From Pavona decussata (lineage: Eukaryota): a DNA stretch of 64,000 bases. A program made the position numbers and the translations under genes. Within the stretch, counting starts at the first letter, position 1; each line of letters starts with the position of its first letter. The notes under the pieces were generated by a model, which saw only the letters and a list, made by a program, of their open reading frames with translations, was not told where the DNA came from and made no database searches. This document shows positions 63,517 through 64,000 of this stretch, piece after piece. The DNA is taken from positions 4,340,001 to 4,404,000 of the forward strand of contig CDRNST010000104.1 in the NCBI GenBank assembly GCA_977016875.1, read 5' to 3'.

Positions 63517-64000
63517 ATGGTTGCCACTATCTATTGTGTTTTAGCTGTCATCACGGCCTTTATCTGTGCAACAAGTGTGCTCTTGAACGGTTTGGTGTGC
63601 GTGGTATTTTACAAAAATAAACAGCTGTTAAACGCTCCAAATATTTTTATCGTTAGCGTGGCGCTCAGTGATCTTTTATACTCAGTAACATCTTTACCAC
63701 TCTTGGTCATCACAAATGCACTTGGAAGGTGGATTTATGGAGACAGCGGCTGTACAACAACAGCGTTTATCGCTACCTGGGGTGGTCTGACTTCTTTGAT
63801 GAATCTCTCTCTTGCCTCGTATGAAAGATATGTTGCGTTGGTTTTCCTTTACAAGAAGAATCGGACTTTTTCGAGAAAGAGAGCGATTTGTTTGTCAGTG
63901 GCCATGTGGTTGTACGCTTTGTTCTGGAGTGTGATGCCATTGTGTGGCTGGTCAGGTTTTGAGCTGGAAGGAATTGGTACGAGTTGTTCAGTGAGATGGA
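63517..64000 (+). CDS. Opsin-like class A GPCR, N-terminal part (TM1 to ECL2), truncated by window edge
   Basis: Open frame MVATIYCVLAVITAFICATSVLLNGLVCVVFYKNKQLLNAPNIFIVSVALSDLLYSVTSLPLLVITNALGRWIYGDSGCTTTAFIATWGGLTSLMNLSLASYERYVALVFLYKKNRTFSRKRAICLSVAMWLYALFWSVMPLCGWSGFELEGIGTSCSVRW. It has the TM1 Asn, ALSD, WxYGxxGC, ERY and the opsin-type ECL2 motif PLxGWxxFxxEGxGTSCS. Acceptor tttttacAG at 63463. The K296 equivalent lies outside the window. Confidence 0.88.
   Translation, partial: MVATIYCVLAVITAFICATSVLLNGLVCVVFYKNKQLLNAPNIFIVSVALSDLLYSVTSLPLLVITNALGRWIYGDSGCTTTAFIATWGGLTSLMNLSLASYERYVALVFLYKKNRTFSRKRAICLSVAMWLYALFWSVMPLCGWSGFELEGIGTSCSVRW

Overview
Eukaryotic, AT-rich, repeat-dense DNA. 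The repeat landscape and genes point to an anthozoan, most likely a scleractinian coral (inference). The left half (149-31058, minus strand) holds the first 29 coding exons (2415 nt, 805 aa) of a CEP290 orthologue, which runs off the left edge; one intron needs a GC donor. The right end (63517 to the edge, plus strand) starts an opsin-like class A GPCR, uninterrupted from TM1 to ECL2. The ORF track misses it because it leaves the window. The ~32 kb between these head-to-head genes has no intact ORF. It holds Penelope-like elements (two minimal hammerhead ribozymes retain an intact core), MITEs, SINEs and LINE tails. It also holds an old ~9.5 kb-offset duplication of a TATA-to-splice-donor module: the downstream copy looks like the opsin promoter and 5'UTR exons, and the upstream copy is followed by what may be a decayed opsin paralogue. 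CEP290 intron 13 carries a fossil Pro-x-Glu repeat interrupted by a MITE, a LINE tail and a degenerate Gypsy element. All alignments were done by eye, and comparisons with human CEP290 and bovine rhodopsin are from memory.
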